Part shown: piece by piece, positions 1-12,279 of the stretch
Numbering within the stretch: the first letter of the stretch is position 1
How the letters are laid out: each line of letters opens with the position of its first letter
Origin: Spizellomyces punctatus DAOM BR117
Lineage: Eukaryota
Assembly: GCA_000182565.2 (NCBI GenBank)
Contig: KQ257452.1
DNA length: 64,000 bases
Direction: 5' to 3' (one strand)
Notes under the pieces: model-generated
Database searches by the model: none
Told to the model about the DNA's origin: nothing
Seen by the model: the letters and a program-made list of their open reading frames with translations, nothing else
Position numbers and translations under genes: made by a program

Positions 1-917
1 GATACGGCAACCTACCCGCGATCGTCACCGTCCATCTGAAGAATCTCCTACAAACAGCATCGATAGACACTTGCGCGGACTGATACTCCGGAAATTCAAC
101 TGATTGACAGGAAGTACAGCTCGCCAGCACGTAAACGTCGCTACATGTAGTCTCAGTGCTGATCGTACACAGCAACATCCGTCCTCGGGAGTGCATACCT
201 CTTCTTTTCCTCACGCACGAAATCCATGGTAAGGTTTACCAGAGCCATCGTCCGAGAGATTTCTTCGTGTCTACATGGTATCAATTAAATCAGTATTCTG
301 CTCTGCTTCATGCTGCAGTCCAGTAGCTTGCCAACCCATACGTTGCTTGGCCAGTCGCGAAAAAACTCGAGAGATCATCAATCACAATACAATCCGGTAG
401 TTCAGGAAGACCGGGTATTGACGTGACATGTGGGAACCAAGCCAAGAACATTCTTAAGGCGTAGGAACTGGTAATGTATCTGTGGAAGATTACATTCGTT
501 GTTAGTTCATCGCTTTTTGAAGCAGAAGTCGCTAATGACTCCATACCGAATATGAACTCGAGCCAAAACGCTGGGAGTTGGTGGAGAGCTTCCAAGGGGC
601 ACATAAGGCTGCGTAGCCCGCAAAGCCTCTTTGTTGGAACAAATATACAGTACAGTTTCTCCCCGTCGTGCGTGTTTGAACGCGTACTGAAACAACATGC
701 ACGATGTCTGGCTAGAGGGCAGATTAAAATAACTTTCACAACTGGAGAACATGTTCGAAGCGTACCACTTTAACGGGCCAAGCAATAGAATCCCTTCCGT
801 TCCAATGTCCTTGTCAAAGCCGTGTTGGTTAAAGTCATCTTCGAAGCCAAACAGGGATGTCAAGGTGTTTTGGGGCTTCTCATCCTGTGAGGTCTCAGCC
901 GCCACAACATTCAACAT
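1..917 (-). CDS. SWSAP1-like RAD51/RecA-fold protein (Shu complex subunit); 3' end runs off the window
   Basis: Hand-spliced exons give ...GILLLGPLKC|QTSCMLFQYAFKHARRGETVLYIC...LARVHIR|YITSSYALRMFL...PDCIVIDDLSSFF...HEEISRTMALV...RRFFRWTV. This follows the SWSAP1 layout: P-loop strand, 'VLF/YI' strand, Walker B hhhhD. Confidence 0.65.
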
Positions 918-2903
918 TGTAAAGATAAGATGTTAATGGAATCATTCCCGATTGGGTTCGTGTGCTGGGAGAAGAGCGTTGCAAGGAAGATCACTGCTTG
1001 CTGGATGAGTCATCGCCTTTGTGGCGATCACTTTTATCGTAAGCACGATCGCCCGCCCCTCATGAGGCATCAAACCATCTAGTACACCGTCGGAGGCTGC
1101 TTTATGACTTTGTTGTGGTGACCTTTCCCATCGTCTTTGGCGAGGGTCATTGTTGGCAATTAGATAATTTGTATCCTCAATAGCTTTGCATCGACTCCCC
1201 CCGTATCTCTTTGAACCAGGCTAGGAATAACATTGGTGATAACCTGACCAATCCAGCAAGGTTCGAGGAATTCAGCGGCGATGCAAAGATGATAGAGGTC
1301 ACTTCCGTTCTGTGTAAAGTTGAACTTATGGAGATTCGATGGGCGATGTCCGCGAGTGTTTTAGATTCGTTTAGGCCCTCTTCAAGTATCTAATCCCCAT
1401 TGTAAATGTAGCGAGATACGATATCCTATACAAAATGATACCAAGTTCTCTCAATCCTTCAGAGATGCAGGGCATACTTTGGCAATTTGCCATTGAAAAG
1501 CAAGACAATGTTTATCGATTAGATTGCTTTTTTTTTTCTTTTGTAATTTCATAGATCTGAAGAGGTTTTATTGTTGAATAGTATACTGGTAGCCAACTTT
1601 GATGATATGACGCATTAAAATGATAGCTTGCGTACACATACTTGGGCATGAGGTGCGCACATTTGAGGTCGCAAGGGAGGGACCCTTGAAGTCTGACAAT
1701 GTTGCGACGGATATCGCGCACCAGTGGTTGCATGTCTAGTAATGGCCATTATCTTCCGCAGTCATATTCGCGTAGGGTCAACCTACTCCGTACTCTTTCT
1801 TGCCGTGTTCCCGCCATCCCGCCAACGATCTTTCACAGCGCAGCGAAAGTACCATGGCATTCAGCCGGGTTATTCAGAAAATGTTTGTACCCCAGCGCCA
1901 TTGCCGCGAAGCTAGTTCTTGAGGGATATGGTCGTAACCATTACCTTCATGCGACAAAGGGGCATCAAACAGTAACGCAATTCTTGAATCTTGAATCGTA
2001 GTGCTTTATTCGTCCACGCACGAGGTTTGATCAAGGGGTGTTACAGACGATATGTACATGGCCTGATTCTCTAGGTTCTTCGGCACGTAAAGGCGGAATA
2101 CGTTGAGAGAACTCGGAAACTTGAACGTTGTTGCGATTTATGGACCACAGTCATCAATGCCAAAATTGGCAGAGAGTTATCCACGCTTGTGTGAAATACT
2201 GGGACGCGCAGGGGATATGAATAACGGCGCTGGGCGAGCTTTTTTTTTGCTTCTGTATTCGGTCTGAGGGTCAACCCTATCATCAAACCACGTACTCTAT
2301 TCCAGCCAAGATATCGGGCAAGATGTGAATAAGATGTTGTAGACCGGCATTATATGCATTTTACACAGGTTCACGGCGAAGGTGCATGTGAATGTCCAAA
2401 GAGAAGCCTGTTGTTCATCTCATCAAGTACCGATATATGGAGTGTGCCTGGGAAAGATAACATTAAGATGGCCGGTGTCGGATGGTCATGGCAAATGATT
2501 GCAATCTTTAGTAATTACAAAATGGAAGGATGTTGCAAGGACCGTTGCGCTGAGGGGTTAGTAACTTATCACTCACATAACCAAACTTGCGATCAAGTTA
2601 GGGATCAAACGCCAGTATTTCACATATAACTATGGAATTACCAATAGACGAAAATACAACTTGCAAAGGGCAATGAATCTTTGCCGCTGCATGGGGACAT
2701 TGAATAATTGCCGCGGATCTATGATTAAAAGAATAGATGATTTTCTTACACGATTTGCGGTCCTTTCAAGCGAGATGTCATGCATGATTTTCGGATATCG
2801 CTGCAGCTTTCACATTTCTATGCTTGTTTGCAGGAGTAATTTACTTGGTACATACTCTGGCTGTATACCACAGAAATATAGTCGTGATGTCCCAAGCTTC
2901 CGT

Positions 2904-3549
2904 CTACAGCTCACTACTTGGACGGTTGCCCCACACTGTCTTCTTGATATTCAACAATTCCGTTTCAAAAACAAGAGTAGCGCCTGCCGGGATCTTGTCT
3001 CCCGCACCGCGATCACCATATCCTAATATCAAAAGAGGTTAGCAGCCTGCCGGCCATGTAAATGGGTGTTTCAAGTCGACACCAACCTAAGTGTGCGGGA
3101 ATAACCAGCCGCCTCTTTTCTCCAACGCACATGCCAACCAGACCTTGGTCCCATCCTTTGATGACATGTCCCTGTCCAAGAGTGAAATCAAACGGCTGGT
3201 TCCGGTCTAACGAGGAATCAAACTTTTCGCCAGTGTCATAGAGGGTTCCAGTGTAGTGCATAGAAAGGACGTCTTCAAATGCAAATTGTAAGCAATGATG
3301 CTAGTTTCACACCCACTAAAGTAGAGTGACACCACGCAAGACATTAAATTCAGCGGAGAGTCCACAAGTACCTCCAGCGGCCGCTGTTTCTTTGCAATCT
3401 TCTTTTGGAACACGTTTTTTGATTCCAATTTGCAGCTGAGTTGGTGGGGGTCGCTTGGGCTTTTCCGCTGCCGCTTGGAAAGGAGCAGACAGCAGAACGA
3501 GAACCAACGTGAGAAGAACGAGTAAATTGGGCATTCGGAGAGTGAGCAT
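2904..3549 (-). CDS. FPR2: ER-type FKBP peptidyl-prolyl isomerase (FKBP2/Fpr2-like)
   Basis: Signal peptide MLTLRMPNLLVLLTLVLVLL, LQIGIKKR, MHYTGTL...FDSSLDRNQPFDFTLGQGHVIKGWDQGL, GYGDRGAGDKIPAGATLVFETELL; 3 exons; ends SSEL-TAG. Confidence 0.93.
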
Positions 3550-4657
3550 GATGAATGATCTCTTGCGCGCTCCTAGCGAGGGAACTACGAGCAGTGCTTC
3601 ATGTGTGCTGTGCCACACCGTCAGGTTTCCTAATCCTGTGTACGAATTTGAATGGTCCTTCGCCCATTTTCTACAAGATTGAAATAGTTGTGTGCTGCCA
3701 TTTATCCCACACGGCACGAGAAACAGTTCCGCGACAGTCCGACATGGTAATGAAGAGGAGCACAAGTGACTTTCCGCACTGATCGTTTACACATGAAACC
3801 ATGGCGATTCTAAAGAATCGAGTTACATGCCTTGGATACTGTGCGTTATTGAGTTTTTGGTAATGTTGCTCTTGTTTCACTTCAGACTTGTAGTAGACCG
3901 TGATAAGCCTGCTCTTGCCAAGCTTTCAGGGTTGACCAAGTCGATGAGCGTCATTTCCACTGCCATGTCCTTCTCGCATAATGCGGCAAGTCGCAGAGGG
4001 AAGAAAACGGGTCGTTGGCCACCATGGCAACAAGCAGCTCTACAGACAGTGTCATGTGACTGAACACCTTTTGCCAAGAACAATTTTAGTGTGCAGGTGG
4101 TAGAAAATGTCACTAGGGACAAATTCTCCCTCCAACCCACTACAGCCGGTTCTAATTTACAATTAGCCAGCTTGTCCAACCCTTCATAACCTATCCTGCA
4201 AACGAGTCCCACCCCTATCCTAACTCGCTACAGGTTCCAGCCTGGGTTGAACTGGGGTACGTGCAACCAACTACAACTAGGCCCAATTACACATGCAATA
4301 CATTACGGTTGGTTCTAACCGGGTAACTAAGCCCACCACACGAGAGAAATCCTACTAAGCCCTTGATTCCGAAATTCTTAGTCGGAGGATGTTCAGATAC
4401 TAAGGTAGATCAGAATAGTTCGACTGGATAATCCGCTTGGGAAAATACAAAGATAATGCATACCTGCGATCGTAGCAATATAGTAGTAGCAGCGTTTGCA
4501 AGGGGTTATGTTGTTGTTGTTGTCGGGCGGACGAGGTCCTCGGCACCAGAGCGGCATTCTCATGATGATGGACTTGAGAGTGCTGCGTGAGCGTTGCGCA
4601 GATGCTTCGAGAGTCGAGGATGGGTAAAGAGGAAAGGGGAAAGAGACAGAAGCCCCC

Positions 4658-4665
4658 TTTTTATA
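4658..4665 (-). promoter_or_regulatory. TATA box (TATAAAAA) followed by a pyrimidine tract, minus strand
   Basis: Minus strand reads TATAAAAAGGGGGCTTCTGTCTCTTTCCCCTTTCCTCTTTACCC, the same architecture as the U2 promoter at 9241. Confidence 0.5.
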
Positions 4666-5367
4666 GACCTTTGGCATGCGCCTCACTGCAGTTTAAAAAA
4701 AAAGTTACATTAGCATGCCACACCGCTGCATGCCTCACCGCTTTGAGCGATAGATGGGGGTGCTGATTATGCGATATGACTAACCGGATTAATCCGGATA
4801 ATAATGAGTTCTAGTGCCATTTTCATACCTCTAAAAGCTTAAAATCTTGTTTGTGCGCGGATTCGCAGTAATGCGCGGTTGATTTGTCCGAGGTGTGATC
4901 ATGAAGATCGTTCGACAAGAAGTTTTCCTTTTTTCTAAGCGGACCGCGCCGGACGGCTGGGGGTTATCAACGGACGATACGGGTAGCTGCAGGTGTGATG
5001 GATATCACCCCGCCTGAACACATTCATTTTGTTTGACGGTTTCCGTGTATTGCACCGACTGATAAAGGAAAAGTTGAAAGTGTTGTCGTTGATTTGTCCC
5101 CTCACATGCACAAAGGGAGGTACGCGCGGCCTTTGCTACCACAATGGACAGCTCTTTGTGCTCGTCGGTATCAATATCCACTAGAGGTGGTACGCAACCG
5201 ATTCAGTTATATTCTTTTCTTCTCCCCTGATCTTGTCCAAGTGCGAATGTCAATTTGAAAAAAAGGAAAAGGAACTAGTACAAAAAAGAAATTCTGCCTT
5301 CCAATTCGGGGTTTACTTTCTGTGTTATTTTACGTTTCCCACCCAGCCAGAGGGCTTGCCGGGGGGA

Positions 5368-5375
5368 TATAAAAA
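5368..5375 (+). promoter_or_regulatory. TATA box of the OPT gene
   Basis: TATAAAAA about 190 nt upstream of the ATG at 5558. Confidence 0.55.
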
Positions 5376-5557
5376 GTAGTGCTGGGCTTGACATGGAGCC
5401 CCCTTTTGGCGCTCGTTCTTCCTGCTACTAGTACCTCATTGTGGTGATTGCATAGAGGAAATAACCAATCCTCCCTGCATCAACCCATCAACACCATTTT
5501 GCAAGTGTTTGCCCATATATTTGTTCACCGCCATTTGAGCCTGGCATCCCAGTTATC

Positions 5558-8500
5558 ATGAGTAACGCGCAAGACGTAAAGGTCGGCCACACTGTGGAGA
5601 ACCTCCAAGATCCGATCGGCGCCTTTGATGACATCAAAAAAGATGTGGAAGCCGAGGTTCATACGGAAAAGGAGGGTGAATCCCAGGCCGTGGATGAATT
5701 GGTCGCAGCAGCCGTCGAAGAAACCGACGATCCTGCTACTCCCGTCATAACCTTTAGGTTCATTTCTATGAGCATCTTTTGGGCTGTCGCCGTTTCCGGG
5801 ATCAATCAGTACATGTGGTTCCGTGCCTTGCCCATTCAGCTTCAAACTGTCGCGGTCCAACTGCTTTCCTTCTTTATGGGTAAGAATATTTTCATGTCAT
5901 TCGAGAAGGACCTAAACATTCTCAACATGTAACTTGACTGCTTTGCGCCTGCAGGGAAATTTTTGGAGCGAGCCCTGCCTACCACCAAATATCACCTCCC
6001 ACTCATTGGTGAATGGACTATGAACCCCGGTCCGTTCAACAAGAAGGAACACTGCCTCATCAATGTTTTTGCCAATGCTGGCTTCCAGAGCGCTTACGCT
6101 GTCGATATCGTTGGTAAGTGCGAAATTGAGCGCGCCATACCAATGTTTGCTGTATTGGGATCACTCAGCTGGCTCTGATTTCAGTTATTCAACGTGCTTG
6201 GTATAAACAAAACTGGGGAGCAGCGTACGGAATTCTTCTCGTACTCACGGTATGAAGCATTTTATGCACACTTGTGTCTGTCGAATCTGCTTCATGGCTT
6301 CTATTTTGACGTAGACACAAATGTTTGGGTATGGTATTGCTGGTATCTGCCGAAATATCCTTGTGTACCCCCCGTCCATGATCTGGCCGACCAACCTTGT
6401 CAGCACAACAGTAAGGGCATTCGATATTTATGGTGAACCTTTATCCATTTGGGAAATCACTCACAAGTTTAATATCTGTTAGTTCTATAACACTCTCCAC
6501 GGTGCCAGCACTGGCGATAACCGTAAGTAATAGTACTAATTTTGCGACAAATCCTTTCCATTTTATTCATGTGTCATTGGCATTCGCAGGCGGACGTCAA
6601 CGATTCTTCGGGCTTGTCTTTGCTGGCGCTTTCATCTGGTACTGGTTTCCAGGATACATTATGCCCATCATTTCTTCCCTTTCGATTATGTGCTGGTTCG
6701 CACAAACAAACCCTATTGTGGGAAATTTGGGATCAGGTAGTTTGGGAATGGGAATTGGAAACTTTACCCTCAACTGGTCTCAAGTCATTGTAAGCATAAT
6801 CTATCGCATTGATTGCCCTGGATTCTTGCTCACCGTTCTACACGGTGACCGTAGGCTTACTTGACGTCGCCCCTTGCCTACCCCACCTTTGCCATTGCAA
6901 ACATCTTGGTCGGTGCCCTTGCCATCTTCTGGGTCATTACCCCTTGGATGTACTACACCAACTTTTGGGACTCCAAGCTCTTCCCTATCCTCTCTTCTGG
7001 CAACTATGCCGTGCTCAAGAATGAGACAACCGGTGAAATGTTTGCTGAATAGTATGTGTTGATTTGGCTGCAATCCGCCCGGTTTAATTGCCTGACATGA
7101 CTATTTTTGGCGATAGCTACGACATTGACCGCATTTTGACGCCTGAGAAGACGCTCAACATGACCGCGTACAACGAGTACTCTCCTCTCCGCCTCTCCAC
7201 TGTTTTTGCTTTTACCTACGGAGTCAGTTTCGCTGCCCTTACTTGCATCTTCACGCATGTCCTTCTTTACAATGGTATGAGGATGACTTTGCCTACAGAA
7301 GATGATCAGCCTTTTGAGCGACTGTATGCCTCTAGGAAAGGATATCTGGCAACGATTCCGGAAATCCAGGACCGAAGATGGCGACATCCACAACAAGATG
7401 ATGAAAGCTTACCCTGAAGCCCCCCTGTGGTGGTACTTTTCTCTGTGGCTCGTTACTTTGGCCGTCAGTATCTTTGTGGCTGAATATTGGGAGACCCACT
7501 TGCCATGGTGGGGTGTAATGCTTGGTGAGTTTATGTAGACTATCTGCTCTTGATGACCTCAACAGTATAATTCACGCACAACACCAGCGGCTGCCATGGC
7601 CATCATTACGACGATCCCCATCGGTATCGTGACCGCTACGACGAATAACATGCCTGGAACGAACGTTATCACCGAGCTTGTTATTGGTTATCTCTTGCCC
7701 GGGAAGCCTATTGCCAACATTCTGTTCAAGGTATGTGTTTTCTGCTTAGATTGTAATTTACGAATAGCCCTAACATACTGATTCCTTGCAGACCTACGGT
7801 TATATTGGACAATACCAGGCAATCACCTTTTTGCAGGATCTAAAGCTAGGTACGCGCCTCTTCCTGTGGCCTTTACATTGACCATCAGGCTGACAATTGG
7901 TATACCATTTTCTTATTTTTCAGGACACTACATGAAGGTCCCTCCAAGAGCCATGTTCATTGCTCAAACGGCTGGAACGCTTGTCTGTGGCATTATTCAA
8001 TACCTCGGTATGGGTGATTGGTGGTGAAGGAAGTTTTTGCGACTGCCGCTAATCGTTCTCGTAAATGACCCAGTTATGGATTCCATTATGACCAACGCAA
8101 TCAAGGATGACCCAGCCAATGTAAATCAATGAGATGAGATTGAGTTGATGCGCTGGAAATGAAGCTAATTATCGTATTTTATTTATAGATGTCACCAAAC
8201 TCCCAGTACCCTACGCCCAATGCCCATGTGTTCTACTCAGCATCCGTGGTGGGTATCGCCTTCACGCTGTTGCAATTCTGTAACTTGGACTGCAGTCTCA
8301 TCGTTTTCAACCAGATTTGGGGTGTCATTGGACCTAATCTCATGTTCGGTCCTGAATCGCTCTACAGCGCCATGTATTGGTTCTTCTTGATTGGCTTTTT
8401 GGTATGGACGTGGTGCAACCTACTCGTTTAATGTCGCCAAGACTTTGCTCAATTCTGATTCTTTGAGAACAGCTTCCGATCCCTGCTTGGCTGCTCCACA

Positions 8501-8991
8501 AAAAGTACCCCAACTTTGGCTGGGACAATGTTCACTGGCCCGCCATTCTGAACGGCACCCTCTTGATCCCCCCAGCTGCCCCCGTCAACTATATGTACGT
8601 ATCCTTTTGCCATTTGCACTTTGTGCGTTTGATTGACCTTGACCAACTTATAACCTATAGTACCTGGGGTATTGTCGGTATCACATTCAACCACTACATT
8701 CGCAAAAACCGGTCGCGGTGGTGGAAGAAATACAACTATGTGCTGTCTGCTGCCTTGGATTGTGGAACCATTGTCGCAACCCTTGTCATTGCCAGGTACG
8801 CTCTTGTCTTGTGACGACAGCGTTCGTACTCTTCATGTCCTAACTTGCCAACTTGCCAACTTTTCAGTCTGTTACAAAACGGATCCTACAAGGCCGACAT
8901 GCCGGAATACTTTGGCAACAGACCGTTCCTAGACCCCGCCACGGGCGATACTCAAGAATACTGTCGTATCGATCACGGCGACCTCCTTTAG
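5558..8991 (+). CDS. OPT-family oligopeptide transporter, ~17 introns
   Basis: OPT motifs TDDPATPVITFR, NPGPFNKKEH, YPPSMIWPTNL, DIHNKMMKAYPEAPLWWY, GYLLPGKPIAN, QDLKLGHYMKVPPRAMF, WWKKYNYVLSAALDCG. Confidence 0.95.
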
Positions 8992-9240
8992 ACAAACCTA
9001 CTCTAGTATTTTGTAGTTTACATGGTTATCTTGCTTCCAGCCTGGTGCTGGATGTGCTTAGTGATGTGTTGGTCAATGTAGATCAGTGTGTTTCATTGGA
9101 ATAAACATCATGATCAGCAATACTAGTAAGCCAATCGCGTAAGCCATTATGTCATCATGAACTGCGCACCAGCATCCATTCCACCAATCAAATGCATTTT
9201 TCATTTTTCAATCTGCGCCACAGCGCAGTTCTCCATCGCC

Positions 9241-9248
9241 TATAAAAA
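9241..9248 (+). promoter_or_regulatory. TATA box of the U2 snRNA gene
   Basis: TATAAAAA about 43 nt upstream of the U2 5' end. Confidence 0.7.
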
Positions 9249-9283
9249 AGCGCCGTTCCCCGTCCCCCCTCCTGTTTTCTTTA

Positions 9284-9468
9284 ATCCTCTCAGGCCTTTT
9301 GGCTAAGATCAAGTGTAGTATCTGTTCTATTCAGTCTGATAACTGAATCTGTTCACATTGTGGACAATTGTTATCAAACTAATTTTTGAATTCCGCTGGG
9401 AGTTGATGGGCTTGCCCTAGACGCCTGGCACGGGTGTCCCCAGTCTTGCACTATCTCTGGGTGACGCC
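9284..9468 (+). ncRNA. U2: U2 spliceosomal snRNA
   Basis: GGCCTTTTGGCTAAGATCAAGTGTAGTATCTGTTCT including the branch-recognition GTAGTA; stem IIa ATTCAG/CTGAAT, whose loop TGATAA can pair with downstream TTATCA (stem IIc); Sm site AATTTTTGA at 9381; stem-loop IV with a TTGCAC loop. Ends approximate. Confidence 0.96.
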
Positions 9469-9972
9469 GAGGGCTTATAAAGAGGAAGAAACAAATATGG
9501 CATTTTAAATGGGAATTGAATTTAATTATGATTTAATGCATGTAATACTTGTTGAGAATTTAATAGCATGATGAACGGCGGGTTCATTTCTAAAGTGTCA
9601 GCTGGGCGCAACCTGTCGGGAGACCTCACTGTAAAACTTGAAAGACGTCGTAGGATGTGGACCGCTGCAGGCGAGCATGAAATGCTCTCAAGGTGAAAGC
9701 ATGTGTGTAGCGTGCACGGACCTTGATTGCCTGCCAGGTATCAGCATTTTTAAGTAGTATCTACCTTATTGATGCCATGTGGTTGTCCTTGCACTACAAC
9801 AGTGGTTGGCGTATACGGCAATTATCAGACAGTAGGACCATTACTACATTTGCTCGTTTGTACATGTATAATAATAAAAAAAAAGAGTTAAATCCTCCAA
9901 AAAAATAAAATCAAAGAGAAAATCAAGATACAAGAAATGTGACGACAACCCTAGCCCACCGATTCTCCATCA

Positions 9973-12279
9973 TCATCGTCCCGCTCCTTTATCTCCGCCC
10001 CCTATTCCTAGTTTCCCCTTTTCTTTCTCCTTTTCCTTTTCTTTATCCTTTTCTTTATCCTTCTTCCCAATTCCAAACCATCCCCACCCCTCCTTGTCCC
10101 GATCCTTATCCTTCTCCCCTCCCCAATTGCCAACCGCATCCCCCACGTCCGAAGATCCCGCACCATTAGTCTCTTGTTTGGTATCCCCCATGATAGCAGG
10201 CAAAGAAGGTCGCTTTCCTAGTTTCTTTTTTGCTAGTGGTGGTTGTATTGGAGTGTTTGATAAAAGGGGATTGGAATCTGTTTGGGATTCAGAGAGTGCG
10301 GTATTGGGTTCAGCAGGTGGTGCAAGCTCTTCTGATGGCTTCATGGAACGTATGAGATCGCCAGCGTCAAAATCAACAGCCGTGTAGAAAAAGATGTAGC
10401 CACATCCGACAGCGTTCGTGTCTCCATAGTACTTTTGGAGCTCGGATTCTTCTACAGGCTACAGGAATACGTGATACCGTTAGGTTGGAGCCATGATCGG
10501 GTGTTGACAAGTAAAATGCGTGGGACTCACCGAGACATCGTCATCGTCAAAGAGCAACCACTGTTCGTGACTCTTCACCAAGGTAACGTAATGGCCATGA
10601 TGTGGCCCACTCCCAATATGGACAATCACAGCAAATAGCCTATAAAGCCGATCGGGATCTTCCGCATCATCCGTGGTGTTAAAAAGCCTAAGCTCCAAAG
10701 GAAATGGAACACGATAGGATAGTTTGATATATCGCTGTAGTTTTTCTTGGTATTTAAACCGTTTTAGATGAACCGCAAGAATATTTGGTGTCTTTTTCAC
10801 CTTCATTCTCTTTTGGGCTTCTTGAAGGCTTCTACATGTGTCGCAAAAGAATTTATTCTTTTGACACAGGGTTTCCGATTTCGAAAAGTTACGAAGACAG
10901 CTGCTCAGTGAAGAATTTGGTTCCACATCAACGGAAAGATCCAGGAACGCTTCATCTCGGGAGGTGACTGTTTCGCAGGTGAGGCATTTGGTCTCGTTGG
11001 TAAGAATGCCTTCGAAAAGGGCGTGGACCCAGCTAGCGGGTTTATCGACGGGCTCTTCTAATGTGCCGTTTGTTGGTGGGAAGACGGTATCAAATGCTGG
11101 TGGTATTATGGCAGATGGCAAAGCCTTTAGCTTTTCCGAGAATTCCTTTCGATGTCGCAAAAGTATTTCGGCAATTGCGTTTAATAAATAATTTAGCATC
11201 TCGTGCGCGTCTTGATGCATTGTGCTCCGAAAAAGCTCTGGTCAGAGAGAACAAGAAGTGTCATCATTAGCGCCGTTGCTTGAGACCTTGTTGCATTTTT
11301 ACGCGGCGAAAGCCGTACCATTCTCTTTTTTCAGAATCGTCACAAATTGTTGAGGGGCGACAACACCAGTCTTTTTCTTTTGTGATGTTATCTTGACAAA
11401 TAGCTCGTGTAAGGCGGACAATAGCGTTTCCTGGTTCGCCTCCGCAGGTTCAATTCCTTCCAGAATTGTCGGTATTGGCGGAGTAGCTGACTGAGAAATA
11501 GGCTTATTTACTAGCGAGCTTTTCGCTGAGCTGTCTTTCCGCTTCTTTTCCAGTTTGACGCCATTTTCTTTATCTGTTAAGCCCGACCGTTGATCCTTGC
11601 CAGATCCGTCTGCGCGAAAGTAGCCATTGAGAGATGTGGTGGATGATGTGGTTCTTAGGTTTGGTGTTGATGGTGGTAGCGCGATGTTCTCGGACGCGGC
11701 GGTTAGGAGCGCTGCTGAGAGGGGATAAGAATATTCTTGCACGCATTCTCGAAATGGTTTGCAAAAATAGAGGGCTTGCACGACCGAGTTGCAGTAGCTG
11801 TGTGCATGAAAGCAAGAGAAATCGTATATGCCATTAGCGTCATTTGCTCACATCCAACGCGCGCGGCTTAAATTTGGACCATCACGGATTTCCATACCAA
11901 GTGTTGCCAAACTGCAAAACAAAGACGCCCATCCGCATTAGTATCAATAAACCAAAACCAAAGGCACGTCCAAAATGACACATACATTTTCCAAACCAAA
12001 GTATCGATCATTGCCAGTGTTCGCCCAATCGGATGTTATGCTGCTTGGCCGTCCACCGGCACTACCCTGAGGTTCGAGTAAAAGACAGCGTGAGCAATTT
12101 GCAGCTCATTTTCCAGTTGGTGCATTCCTTTATCCCCAGTACTTGCGCCCTCTCGCCAGTTCTCCAAGTATACTTGCAACACAAATGCGATACGCGCCAA
12201 CTTTCGACCCGTTTCACGGCCACTATAATTCTTCACCTCCACGCACAGCTCGCATAGGACCCAACCAATAACGCACCAT
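9973..12279 (-). CDS. Ubiquitin C-terminal hydrolase, USP12/USP46 (CreB)-like
   Basis: Cys box [45 protein letters not shown], His box [20 protein letters not shown]; Lys/Glu-rich C-terminus. Start inferred as an ATG-only first coding exon. Confidence 0.93.
10008..10066 (-). repeat. Low-complexity purine repeat (minus strand) encoding [17 protein letters not shown]
   Basis: Imperfect AAGGA(T/A)AAAG repeats inside the USP C-terminal coding exon. Confidence 0.6.

Noticed and set aside
4114-4365. MITE or hAT-like element starting TAGGG
   Set aside because: No convincing matching terminal inverted repeat or target-site duplication.
4495-4525. Telomerase RNA template candidate (ATAACCCCT, minus strand)
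   Set aside because: Does not match a 1.5-repeat CTAACCCTAAC-type template, and I saw no supporting structure.
8595-8660. Possible U12-type intron in the OPT gene (GTATCCTTTT at 8599, CCTTGAC near the 3' end)
   Set aside because: The 8599 donor shifts the frame; the gtacgt donor at 8595 keeps PVNYITWG in frame.
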